Of a DNA stretch of 64,000 nt, positions 25,232-37,200 are shown piece after piece. Below the pieces are notes generated by a model. It made no database searches, was not told the DNA's origin, and saw only the letters and a list, made by a program, of their open reading frames with translations. The position numbers were made by a program, and so were the translations under genes. Numbering within the stretch: position 1 is the stretch's first letter; the number at the start of each line of letters is the position of its first letter. Source of the DNA: Mantamonas sphyraenae STR306 (taxonomy: Eukaryota > Protista > CRuMs); NCBI GenBank assembly GCA_026936335.1, contig JAPMXV010000049.1, positions 496,001 to 560,000 on the forward strand, in the 5' to 3' direction.

Positions 25232-26892
25232 ATGGCAGGAGGACGTGAGGTTGCTCTGTGCTGCATGTTTATGATCAGCGTGGCGTCCATCATCGCGGGC
25301 GCTGTGGTGCTGGCCACTGCACCGACGAACGGTAGGTTTGCCGGACATCAGATGGTGGTGAGAGTTTCCGGCGTCGGAAGAAACAGTCGCTAGAGACGCT
25401 GTGGGTCGTATGCATGCAAAACTACCGTGTGCCTGAGTATATTCTGATGCATCCGTTGCGGTGAGAGAATACACAAGGCGAGCCAGAGGCTATTGAGTGC
25501 ATGGTGGACGTGTCGGACCGGAACCAGTCGAGTTTGGCAATTTCTGTGCCGCGGAGCCGTCGCGCAGCTTCGTGCCCTCGCGACTGCTCCACACACCCGT
25601 GCGGTGCAGGCAACCTGGTGCATGTTCATACGTGTGTCCAACACATAGCATACAGCATGCGCGCATGTGCATAGTCGTGCTGTGGACACGTGCACACGCT
25701 CGAGGGAACCACCATGGGACGGCTCACTGAGCTCCCGTTTTTTTTTGGGAGCACCTCGAGTTTGTGCGCGGCGATTCCGCGCGATGAGCGCTGTGTGTGG
25801 CGATGTAGAATGGCGCAGAAGTGGAAATGGACAGCGAGTGTGCTGTGGGTCCACAGCGGGAAGCGAGAGGTGATGGATGGGACTTGTGTGTGCGCATGCC
25901 CGTTTTTTTGCCGCGCGGAGGGAAGTGGGAAGTTGGTGGAGCGAGCTGCAGAGACTGTGACTGACACATACAAACGTGCAGAAATCCCGATGTGGTACTC
26001 GGTGACGCTGTGTAAGGGCCCCGAGTCAAAGGCAACATACTACTCGTATGACGTGCCTTCGGGTCAGTCGTGCCCGGCTGTGCTGAACCTGGACTCGGCG
26101 GCCAAGACGACACAGACGTTCCAGGTGGAAAAGTCGCTGGTGGATGAGAAGCTGAAGTACAACCCGGTGACGATGCGTACGAGCGGCAAGGTGAACATCA
26201 AGTTCAACATCAAGGACAAGAACAGCAAGACGGTGTTCACAAAGTCTGGCACTCTGTCGCGTCGCCTGCTGAGCACGGAGGAGGATACCCCCGAGGTTGC
26301 GGACGACATGGACTACTATGACGACGTGGAGCAGCGCGATGAGACGGCAGCTTCGCGCAAGCTGCTGAAGGGCTCGAGCGGACGCGGTTCGCGCGCATCG
26401 AGCACCTCGGGCGGCAGCCGATCTCGCACTCGCTCGGGAGCCGACTCGCGTTACGGCAGTGCCACGAGCACGCGCAGCACGAGCTACGGCACGACGTCGC
26501 GCAACTCGGTGACCAGCAGCACGGTGGTGGTTGTGTACCGGCCCGGCCCGCGCTCGAGCTCCTCCAGCAGCAACTATGACCAGACGGAGGCTCACCCGAG
26601 CTGCACGGACAAGACCAAGGGCTGCGAGTACACAGTGCCCAGCAACCTGAACCGCGACGAGTACACAACGAACCCCATCGACCCGTCCAAGTACACTTGG
26701 CCGCTGCAGTGGTCGTTCACCAACACTTCGTTCGAGCCGACTTCCTCCACGCAGCAACCCGAGCTGTACGGCACGCTGTACACTGCCGAGACAAGCGAGG
26801 GGTACATTGTGGGTGCTATCGTCCTTTCGGTCGGTTGCTTCGTGTGCTGCATGGCCGCCTGCATCGGTGGCGCGATGATGAGCGACGATTAA
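25232..26892 (+). CDS. Membrane protein of unknown function: N- and C-terminal hydrophobic helices around a luminal domain; intron 25332-25981
   Basis: Exon 1 is MAGGREVALCCMFMISVASIIAGAVVLATAPTN, joined by a G|GTAGGT...GCAG|AA phase-1 intron. The C-terminal helix is YIVGAIVLSVGCFVCCMAACIGG. RRLL and RKLL sites are present. Confidence 0.7.
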
Positions 26893-27116
26893 AGCAATGG
26901 ATTCAACTTTCAAACACATTTCGAGTGACATGATGGATGAGCGTTGGTGGAAATCGGGAAATCGCCACGTGCAAAAACAAGGGCGAATTCGGCAGCGAAT
27001 TCGCGATTCCGGGCCGGGTTTGTGGAAACCCGTATTGAAAAGGGCAGCTCGTGCGCTGCCCTCTGCAAACAAACCCAACATCAACTGGCGTCAGCTCACC
27101 CTCACACAAGGAGGAC

Positions 27117-27144
27117 CACACACACACACACACACACACACACA
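27117..27144. repeat. (CA)14 microsatellite just upstream of the sirtuin ATG
   Basis: Directly visible. Confidence 0.9.
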
Positions 27145-27162
27145 CCGACAAAAACAAACACA

Positions 27163-28412
27163 ATGAGCAGTGACGACGCAGAAGTTGGATTTGCAGTGCA
27201 ATTCAAGCTGGACTGTCCGCACGTGGTGGACGCGTTCCAGATGACGCAAGATCAGTTTCCAAGCATCAAGGCATCGTGTGGGACGTGCGGCGATGCAGAG
27301 GAGAACTGGGTTTGCTTGACATGTGGCGAGGTCGGCTGCAGCCGGTATCGCCCAAACAAGTGCATGACGAAGCACGTGACGCTGGAGCACAACTGCGTGA
27401 TGTCTTTCAGCGACTTGAGCTGCTGGTGCACCGTGTGCGAGGAGTACGTGTTCAACGTGGTGCTGGAGGAGCTCAAAGCCACCTCTACCGGGAGAAGTTT
27501 GGGGAAGATCCACCCAACGCGCGCTACCTCAAGTCGAGTTTCCTGAACGACAACAACAAGCCTACGTCGGGCGACTTTGATCCGCGCGGCGTGCAGGAGG
27601 GCGAGGATGTCAACGAGTACGAAGAGGACGAAGAGCAGCTGCGCGAAAACGCACGCGCTACAGCCGAGCTCATTCGCAACACAGACAAGCTGGTGGTGTT
27701 CACCGGCGCAGGGATCTCCACATCAACGGGCATCCCGGACTATCGTGGTCCGAACGGTCTCTGGACGCTGCAGGCACAAGGCAAGGCGCCGAAGATGGAG
27801 AAGAAGATCTTCGAGTATGAGCCGTCGTTGACGCACATGGCCATTGCCGAGCTCGTGAAGCGTGGTCACTGCTCATCGGTGGTCAGCACCAACACAGACG
27901 GCATGCACCTGCGCTCGGGAGTGCCGCGCGAGAAGCTTGCCGAGATGCACGGAAACGCGTTCAAGCTGCGCTGCAAGGAGTGCGAGGAGGATCTCTTCAC
28001 AAATCTGCCTGTGCCCAAACATCGCAACGGCGTGCGAAACGCCACGGGCCTGCCCTGCCCCAAGTGCAACGCCTCGGACGCCATGCAGGGCACCATCATT
28101 GCCTTTGGCGAAAACCTGTACACAGACGTGCTGGAGAAGGCCATTGAGGACAGCGAACAGGCCGAGGTCAGCCTGGTGCTGGGAACATCGATGCGTGTCC
28201 AGCCTGCGTGCTCGCTGCCCACGTATGGCGACGCCATGGTGCTGGTCAACATGATGAAGACTCCGTATGACGACAAGGCCGCCGTGCGCTCGTTTTCACG
28301 ATGCGACGCCTTTATGCAGCTCGTCATGGAAGAGCTGGGCTACGACATCCCTGCATGGGAGGGGGACGATGCCGTGGAGTGGTACGACGCCAAGCTTCAA
28401 ATGGACCTGTGA
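27163..28412 (+). CDS. ZnF-UBP (HDAC6-type BUZ) domain fused to a class IV (SIRT6/7-like) sirtuin; apparent 1-nt deletion near 27480
   Basis: BUZ domain: CPH..CGTC..ENWVCLTCGEVGCSRY..H..SFSDLSCWCTVCEEYV..HLYREKFGE. Sirtuin: FTGAGISTSTGIPDYRGPNGLWT, PSLTHMAI, NTDGMHLRSG, EMHGN, CKEC/CPKC, LGTSMRVQPA. Confidence 0.88.
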
Positions 28413-28421
28413 TTGCCTCGT

Positions 28422-30024
28422 TCATTCGTCCTCCAAACGCACAACAAACACATCTGCGGGTTGCCAGTGGCGTTTCGAGTCTCGCACTCGAGTCCAACAC
28501 TTTCCTTGGTGCTGACAATGTAGGCCCAGACGCGCATTGCGTTCGTAAGGAACGCCGCAGTAAAAGCAAAACTCTGTGCTGCACATGTCGCATTTCATGT
28601 GTGCACATCCCTCGTCCATGGATATGAGCGACTTGCAACCAGGGCAGATCTGTGCGCTGGTTTCGATCAGTGCCTGGCTCTCTTTGTCCAGAACCGCTTT
28701 GCTTTCGATGTACTCCTGGCAACTCATGCCCGTGTGGTACGCTGCCTGGCAGCTGATGCAAATCTTTTGCTGGCAAAGTTGGCAGCGCACCCACGACTGC
28801 ATTTCGTCGTCTGTGGAAAGCGAGGTGACAAAGTAGCCCGTGCAAGTGCCTGTGGGGCAGTCGCAGACATTCTCGCGGCCAAAGACATCGATCATGACGT
28901 ACTTCTGGTACAGCCGTTCCACATCCTCGCTTGGTTTCAGCATGAGCAAGTCCACGTCCTGTAATTCCTCCCTACAACCACCCTGGATACAGCGCACGTG
29001 AGGGGCCTTCTGCACGTTGCGCTCGAGATGGATCAGCCAGCAATCCCGGCACGCCCTGTGTCCACACGCCCTCAAAGCCACAAGCTCGTCCACACTGTCG
29101 AAATCGTCTCTGCAAACTGTACACTCCACCGATTTTGATACACTCGAGCTGCTACTGCTGCTGCTACTGCTACTGCTGCTACTGCTACTGCCGTTGACCC
29201 CGCGGCTGCTGCTGCTGCTGCCTGGTCCATCGACGACCACCCACTCGTCACCACCGCTGTCATCGGAGGTCAAGGTCGTTTTGAGCTGTGATTCACGATA
29301 CTTTGTGCTGCGTGCGACGCTGAGCTTGCGGATTTCCTCTTCCACAACCTCGTAGTCAGCGTTGCCAACAACGCGAAGCACGCACAGCTGGCTCGTAGCT
29401 CGCATCATAAAGTTCAATGTGCTCATTCCTATCTCGGTAATCGCGTTTTGGTTCTGTGCACGTTGTGTGGGTGTCAGGGAGGACGTGCCAAGCAGCGCAC
29501 CCACATGGAGTTTGGCAGGCAATCGGCAAACTCACAAGGTGCAGCTCACGCAGCGTGGTGTTCTTCTCGACGGCACTGGCAAGCATGATGACACCATAAT
29601 CATCCACGTGGCTTGTGTTGAGAAAGAGAATCTCCAGCGCGCACTGCTCATGCTTCAGGAGAGACACCAAACTCCTCATTGTTTGTTTGCCCACTTCGTT
29701 CAGGCTGAGGTCGACCATGGACAGCTTGCTCACGTCCCCTTTGTTCACAAGCACATCCACGATCGAGGCACAGCTCTGGTCGTTCATTCCACACCCGCTG
29801 ACGTCCAACAGCTTCAGCTGCGGCCGTAGCGTGGCAAGGTTTTCCGTCAGCAGCGCAACATCCTGGCTCCGCAGCGGCGAGTGGGCAATCAGCTCTGTCT
29901 CATTCAAGTGTACATGCAGTTTGTCTTCTTTTGCCCCTTTGCCTGCGCTGCTGCTGCTGTTGCTCCTGCTGCTGCTGCTTCCAGATTTGCTTCGGAAGAG
30001 CTCCGCAAGCTGAGCAAACGACAT
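28422..30024 (-). CDS. Leucine-rich-repeat (RI-like) plus RBR E3 ubiquitin ligase; intron 29454-29535
   Basis: LRRs: LKLLDVSGCGM, LSMVDLSLNEV, LEILFLNTSHV, LRELHL|NQNAI. RING1: CTVC..CGHRACRDC. IBR: CPTGTC..CQLC..CISC..H..C. RING2: CPGC..EGCAHMKC..C..FCFYC, with the catalytic Cys retained. Confidence 0.88.
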
Positions 30025-30176
30025 CGGCTTGTTTGTGCCGGCGCACCTCCCACATCCTCGGACGGCGGTGGATTTGATCCTTTGTCGGCACTTGCCCTCT
30101 CTGCTGGTTCTGCCCGCCGTCCTCCACAAGTGACCAAAAGGCGCTGTGATTCTCGGTTCATTCGCTTCCCACCGCC

Positions 30177-31062
30177 CTACATCCCCATCTCGGCATTTCT
30201 GGCCCAGTCGCTTTGCAAGGCTTCGTACTCCAACACTAAAGACATTCGCCGCCTGGATGCATGCACCGCAAGTGGCTGTGCGAGCATCAGAGCCAGCTGG
30301 CCGAGAACCAGCAAGAAGAACGCAGCATTAAAGTGTCGGCAGTACTCCAGAATATCTTTGGAAGCAATTCAGTGCAAGGAAGTGTGTTCCCACGAATTGT
30401 CGTTGTGTGTGTGTGTCCGTGTGTCAGCCGCCGTGTACGGGAAACCAGACCCCGAGTCCGCCAAGCCTCTCACCACCCATCCGGACCTACCATTGCCGCA
30501 GTATGTAATGAGGTGTGGCGTTGTCTGGCAGGTCTCCTCCACAACAGTGTCTGGGTGCCTGCAACCGTCCATGGCGTCCAGAAATGTCAGGTTTGCCTGG
30601 AGCGAGCTGCCAAGCCCAAACAACAGGCACGAAATATTGATAGCCGCAAGCGTGCGGATCTGTGTGGGTGTACCAGTGCAGTGAAGTGTGTCAAATGGAG
30701 ACGTCAGCAACGAGGGAGTTTGGCGCACGTGTGTTTGTATCCGGGGCAACCGACCTTGCGTAGCAGCCACAGCTTTTGCCATACGCTGCCCAGGAACACG
30801 AGGACGCCCACCGCACCGCTACTTGCTATAATCACACTCAACACCACCAGTAGCACGTCGTTGCGCTCCAGTGCCGTTGTCACCACCTGCAGCCCCACCC
30901 CTGCAAACGCACTCGCAAACTGTCCGGCAAACGCGACGTCAGCCTCCCCTGCCCCTGCCACACGCGCATGTCACTCACGTGGACTCTCCAACTCACACCA
31001 CACATTAGAAGCACACTCGATGACACCGGATCGTCCACCACGGCGTCCATGAGCCACTCCAT
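30177..31062 (-). CDS. Small multi-pass membrane protein (4 exons; 5' end uncertain)
   Basis: Exons join in consistent phases across GTGAGT, GTCGGT and GTAGGT donors: MEWLMDAVV..LMC|GAGEADVAFAG..LLVVLSVIIASSGAVGVLVFLG..RK|IRTLAAINISCLLFGLG..YCGN|DILEYCRHFNAAFFLLVLGQLALML..GM*. Confidence 0.55.
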
Positions 31063-31264
31063 TGCGCTTCTTCCCCTCCAATTGTGTTGACGGAGCCGGG
31101 GCCTGCAGCCCCAGGTCCGCTGCCTCCAGGATGGGAACACACACGCACGCAACACTGCACACCAGAATGCACCCATTCATGTCCATACACACCGCACGCA
31201 AGCATGGACAAATCGGTGTTGACACTCGCGCCATTGCCCAGGCGCGGCCAACGGAAAAAACCTC

Positions 31265-34200
31265 ATGAGCGGCGCCGAGGGTGACAAGCCCACCACCCCC
31301 GCACTCACGGTTGACACAACCAACGACACGACGAGCAACAGCAACGTGGGCTCCAGCACGCCTGGAGGATCCTCTCGCGTGCCCATGTCCCCGTTGCTGA
31401 GTGCCACAAGCACAGGCACCGCTGCCAGCGAGTACTCGGTGGCGAGCCTTGTGCCGCCCGAAGAGAGACTGCAAGAGACCATCGCCCAGTTTGCCAGCTC
31501 GCTGCAGAGCGTCATCTCCTCCTTCTCCGGAATGGAGGGCAACCAGGTGTACCAAAACCGCTTTGAGCAGCTGGACCGCGACTTCAACGCCTTCAAGCAT
31601 GAGAAGGACGCCGAAACAAACGCGCTGCACGAGGAGCTGCGTGTGACAAAATCCTCGCTCACTGCAAAGGTGGACGAGCTTGTCAAGGAGCGTGATCTCG
31701 CCCACCAGACCCTTTTGCAGGACAAGACACGTGAAATCAACGGTCTCAAGGAGACCCGCGATCGCCTGAGCGACAAAGTCGACTCGCTCAATCTCAAGCT
31801 CGAAAGCCTCGTCAAGGAGTCCAGCGCCCAGCGCAGCTCAGATACAGCCGCCCTCGCTCGTCTCGAGGAGGAAAAGGCCCAATTGACCAACAAGCTTGAC
31901 AATGTGACCACCGAACGCGACCGTCACGAGGCCCGTTGCTTTGATCTCGAGGGAAAACTTCAAGAGGTACGTTGCAAAAAATTCGCGCGCCGTCTTTTCT
32001 TCGTCACCCCACAAAAAAACAAGCCCGCAGTGCGGGGGGCACCCTGACGTTGGAGCCCTCCACCTCTCCACCATAGATGCGCTCACACATATTACACCCC
32101 ACCCAACCTTGACTCGTCACGACCATGATGATGCCCGTGTACCCGTGCAGGCCAATGTGACCATTACGTCGACCGGACGAGACCTGGCCAACGCCACCAC
32201 TCGTGTCACCGAGCTCACCGACAGCTTGGAAAAGGCCAAGGCCATGACCCAACAGCTCGAAGCCGAGCTGAAGGACACGCGCCAGGCACGTGCGGAATTG
32301 CAGGGCGAGCTCACAACGCTGAAGAACACTCGCGACGGCAATGCAAGCTCCGTCGAGGGCCTCAACGCTCAGGTGCAGGAGCTGCGCGCAGAGCTGGAGC
32401 AAGTGCGTGAGGAACGCTCCGCTGCAAACACAGACAATGCCATTTTCAAGGAGAAGATGGCGTCGCTGCAGACGCAGCTGGCCGCCAGCCACACGGAAAT
32501 CCAGAAGCTGGAGGCGGGCATCGAGACGCACCTGGCGACGATTGCCGAACTGCGCCAGGAAGCAAAGGCAACAAGCGAACAGCAGAACGCCGTGCGTGAG
32601 CAGCTGGACAGCGAGCGTGTGGACAAGAGCCAGCTGGAAAAGGAGTTGGAGCTGCTTCGCGAACGCCTGCAGACTGCCCAGACCAAGGCACAGGAAGCCC
32701 AGGACGCAGCCAACGACGCCACACTGGCCCTTCGTAACGCAGAAGCCAATGCAAAGAAGTCGGTGTCGGCCAACGCGGCCAACGAGACACGTGTGGACGA
32801 ACTTCGACAGAAGCTGGAGGACCGCGAAGCCAGCCTGCAGAGCCTCAGCGACAAACTGGACGCAGCCAACAAGCAGGTCACAGAGTACGCCGCGCAGGCA
32901 GCCAAGTTGGAGGAAAAGGCACGCACCAACGGCGAAAAGGCCCAAGCCAACAGCGAGCAGCTGAACCGCGCGCGTCAGGAAAAGGCGTTTGCTGAGAAAG
33001 AGCTGCGCAAGGCACTGGAGCGCACCGCTAGCCTGGAGACGCAGAAGCTGGAGCTGAGCGATACCAAGGCACAGCTGCAGGAGCGCGTGGACACGCTGAG
33101 CGAGAAGCTGGAGGCCAAGAACGCCACAGTGCTCGAGCTCACGGGCACCAAGGCCAGCCTGGAAGAACGCCTGGAGCACCAAAAGGGCGAACTGGACATG
33201 CTGCGACGTGCACAGGACCAAAGCGACAGCAGCGGCGAACAGACGTCCGCTGAGCTGCTTGCACTGCGCCAGAACTATGCGGCTCTGGAAAGCAAACTGA
33301 AGGAGGTGGCTGCACAGAGCGACATGCGCCAGGTGACTGTCAATGCCCTGGAGAGCAAACTGGCAAGTGCGCAGCAGGAGAACACGCATCTGGAGGCCAA
33401 GTGTGCGGGTCTGCAGGAGAAGCTGGCCGCGCAGCAGGAGAAGTACGCCAGCGAGTCTGAGGCCTGGCAGGCACGCGCGCTGGAAATGCAGACGCTGCGT
33501 GACGAAAGCAACGGCGCAACAGAACGCAGGACAATTGCAGAAACCCAGCTGGCAGAGCTGCGCGAGCGATACACGGCACTGCAGGCCGACCGCCAGGAGC
33601 TGACAAGCACCATGGAGAAGCAGCTGAACGAGCTGACAGGCGTGCAGTCGCGCCAGGGCAAGTTGGAGGCAGAGATTGTGGCACTTCAGGAGAAGTGCGA
33701 GACGCTGGAAAGCCTGCGTGCCACGTCGGAGCAGGTGGCCAAGAGTGCACAGAGCGAGGCGCGCAAGGCACGCGAACAGAACGTGGCGTTGCAAAGCACC
33801 CTGGACCAGGTGAACGAGCAGCTGAGCAGCATGAAACAGGGCGAGGCTGGACTGGAGGCTGAGACACAGCAGCTGCGCGCACAGCTGGCCCAATTCAAGG
33901 ACAGCAACCGCAGGCTGGAGCAGCAGAACGCGGCCCTGGACAGCCGCGCACAGGCTCTTGGGGACGCACGCAGCCACGCGGAGCAACAGGCGAATGCACT
34001 GGATGCTGAACTCAAGGTGGCGTTGCAGCAGACGGGGTCGCTGGAGAAGGAGTGCACTCAGTTGCAACAGCGACTGGAGGTGACGCAGCAGCAGCTGAAG
34101 GAGGCACAGACGCGTCTGGAGGGCGAAAGCAAGGAGAAGAACAACGCAAGGAGCACAAACACGTCGCTGGAGGAGCGTCTGGCCAACGTGACGGCTCGTC

Positions 34201-37200
34201 TGAATGCAAGCGAACAGACGCGCAGCGCGCTGGAACGCAGCAAGGAGAGTGCAGAGGAGGAGCTGCGCAGCCTGCGGGAGCACAAGCCCGTGCTGGAAGC
34301 AAAGGTGACGGAGCTGCAGGGCAGGTTGGACATCCTGGCGGAGGACAAGGGCGTGCTGGAGACGCGCATGGAGAACGAGGTGCGCGTGCGTATCGAGCTG
34401 GAAAGCGCAAAGGCGACACTGGAGGAGTCCAATTCGAACCTGAAGGAGTCGTTGATCAACACCGAGGAGGAGCTGAACGCAAGCAAACGCCAGGTGAACT
34501 ATCTGGAGGAGGAGCTGAAGCAGTTGCGCACGAGTAGCAACGCCCTGGAAGTCAGTGCAAGCAAGTCGCACACCGAGTTCAACATGATGGAAAAGTCGGC
34601 CGAGGAGAACCGCAGCAAGGCGGAGAACCTGATGGCCGAGCTTCGCCAGGCGGAAACCGCAAAGGTGGGCCTGGAGACGGAGCTGGACGGTGTCAAGGAG
34701 GCGCTGGAGCTGGCGCTGCAGGACAAGAGCGCTCTGGAGCAGCAACGCAGCCTGTTGAACACAGACCTGGACGAGCGCAACCGGGCGTACGCAAGCCTGG
34801 ATTCGGAGGCAGCCAGTCTCAAGTCGCTGCTGGAATCGACCGAAGACCAGCGCAAGTCGCTGCAGGACAAGTTGGAATTGGAGGCACGGGAAAAGAACGA
34901 GCTGGCGTCGCTGAACGCCACCCTGGAGGAGCGTCTGCGCACGACGCAGGGCAAGCTGCACGAAGTGGAGCAGCAAATGCGCAACGAACAGGAAAAGTCG
35001 GCTGCCATGGGCCACACGCTGAACGACGTGCGCGAGGCACGCGCAAAGGCAGAGGCGCAGAACGGCGAGCTGAAGCGCCGCTCGGACGAGCTTCAGGAGC
35101 AGAACCGGGATCTGGACAGCAAATTGTACGCGCTGAACCAGGAAGTTGCGGAACTGCGCACGCTCAAGGCAGGCTTTGAGGACCGTTCGTCGTCGATGCG
35201 CGACAAGGTGAACATGACCGAGAAGCTGTTGGAGGATGCCAAGGCGGCGCTGGACGAGCGTGCTCAAGAGGCACGTGCGGCACAGCGTGAGGCAGACAAG
35301 GTGATCAACGAGCTGCGCAGCGACCTGAAGCTGGCGCAGGAGGGAGCATCCAAGAGCGAGGCGGCAGGACGTGCAGCACACGCGGCGGAGCTGGAGCAGT
35401 TGCAACAAAAGGTGGACATGCTGAGCAGCAACAAGACACAGCTGGAAGCGAGCAACGCACACCTGCAGGAGCAGCTGCGCATCAACGAGGACGCACGCAA
35501 GCAGATGGAACAGAAGCTGGAGGGAGCATGGTCGCTGCAAACCGAGGTGGAGAGCGCGCGCACTGGCATGCAAGAGAAGTACCAGGCACTGGTGGAGAAG
35601 CACGAATTGCAGACGGGCCAGTATAACCTGGTCCAGCACGCCAAGGCGGATCTGGAGCAGCGTCTGGACGAGCTGCGCTCGCAGCTGGACAGCACTCGCA
35701 CCGAACTGGTCAAGAGCGAGCAGCGACGCGTGTCGTTGGAAGCCGAGGTGACAGAAGCCAACAAGCGTGCGACGCAGGCCAGCAGCGAGCTGAACGCACG
35801 CATCGAAAAGCTGGAGAATGCGCGTGACGCCCTTCAGCTGGAAAAGGAGAACATGCGCACGCAGTACCTGACGGAGAAGCACAAGGGTGAGGTGCTGAGC
35901 AACGAACTGGAGTCGCAAAGGGCACAGCTGGAGTCGCAGATGAACGAGATGTTGGACAAGGCGGCAAAGAGCAGCAACCTGGAGATCCGGTTTGTGAAGG
36001 AGCAGCTGGAGGTGGCGGAGAACGAAAAGGCGGAGCTGGAGAATGAGGTGGCGCAGATGCACGAGCATGCACAGCGCACGCAGGACCAGCTGAGCAAGAT
36101 GCAGGGCGAGGTGCGCGACTATGTGGAGGCAAACCAGAACATGCGCAGCGTGGTGGACTCGTTGACGCACAAGAACGAGTCGCTGGGCAACGACCTGAAA
36201 AACAGGGAGATGTCCATCAACAAGCTGAGCGAACGCAACGACTCGCTGGAACAGAGCAAGCGCGATGTGGAGAAGCAGATGCAGATTGTGGCCAACGAAC
36301 GCGCCGTGCTGGAAGAGAAGCTGATGCTGAGCAACCAGGCACGCGAGCAGGTGGTGCAACAGTTCCAGGAGCTGGACAGGGACCGCAACGAGCAGCGCCG
36401 TGAGCTGGCGCAGGCTCGCAAGGAGGTCCAGTCGCTGGAGAGCCAAAAGACACTGTTTGAGGAAAAGTTTGCGCGTGCACACGAGCGACTGCAAACGCTG
36501 GAGCGCGACAACGAACGGCTGTCGAGCAGCGAAGGCGAGCTGAAGGAGCGCGTGCGGGAACTGAGCACGCAGTTGGATCGCTCGCTTGAGAACGGCGACG
36601 AACAAAAGGAGCGCATCGGGGCGTTGGAGCTGGAGCTGGAGACGGCGACGACGCGTCTGAACAACAAGTACAACGACACGGTGGCCAAGTACCAGGAACA
36701 GGTGCAGCGACTGACGGAAGACAAGCAGCTGCTTCAAGAGCAGGTGCGCAAGGCGGAGATTGACGTGCGTGTGTCGAGTGAAAGCACAAAGGCGACCAAG
36801 AAGCAGCTGGAGGAGGCGCGTGGACAGCGAGACGAAGCCGAAAAGGCGCTGAAGGATATGCGTGCAGACCTGGAGCGGGAGTGGAAGAACAGGATGGAGG
36901 CGCAGGACTCGCGACGCATCCAAGCGCTGCAGACGGAGCTGGATCAGGTGAAGAAGGCAGGGGACGAACAGGTGGAGACGCTGCGCAAGGAGCTGGAGAA
37001 GCTGGAACGCAGCAAGGACAAGATCCTGGAGGGCCAGACGTCGTGGGAGGAGCGCATTGCGGCGGAGAGCGCAGAGCAGTACAAGCACTTCAAGGCGGCT
37101 GTGGACGAACGTGTGTCGGGATTCCAGAGCAAGTACGAGCAAGAGGTGAAGAACAAGATGGAGGTGATGACGGAACTGCAGGGCACAAAGCAAAAGGCAG

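Noticed and set aside
27440-27520. Pseudogene or Euplotes-type programmed frameshift in the sirtuin
   Set aside because: The catalytic motifs are intact, there is no AAA-stop motif, and the shift has the same sign as the other probable assembly deletions.
29150-29220. Trinucleotide tracts (also at ~38385, ~45540, ~51295)
   Set aside because: In-frame poly-Ser linkers common to many proteins in this window, with no sign of a separate function.
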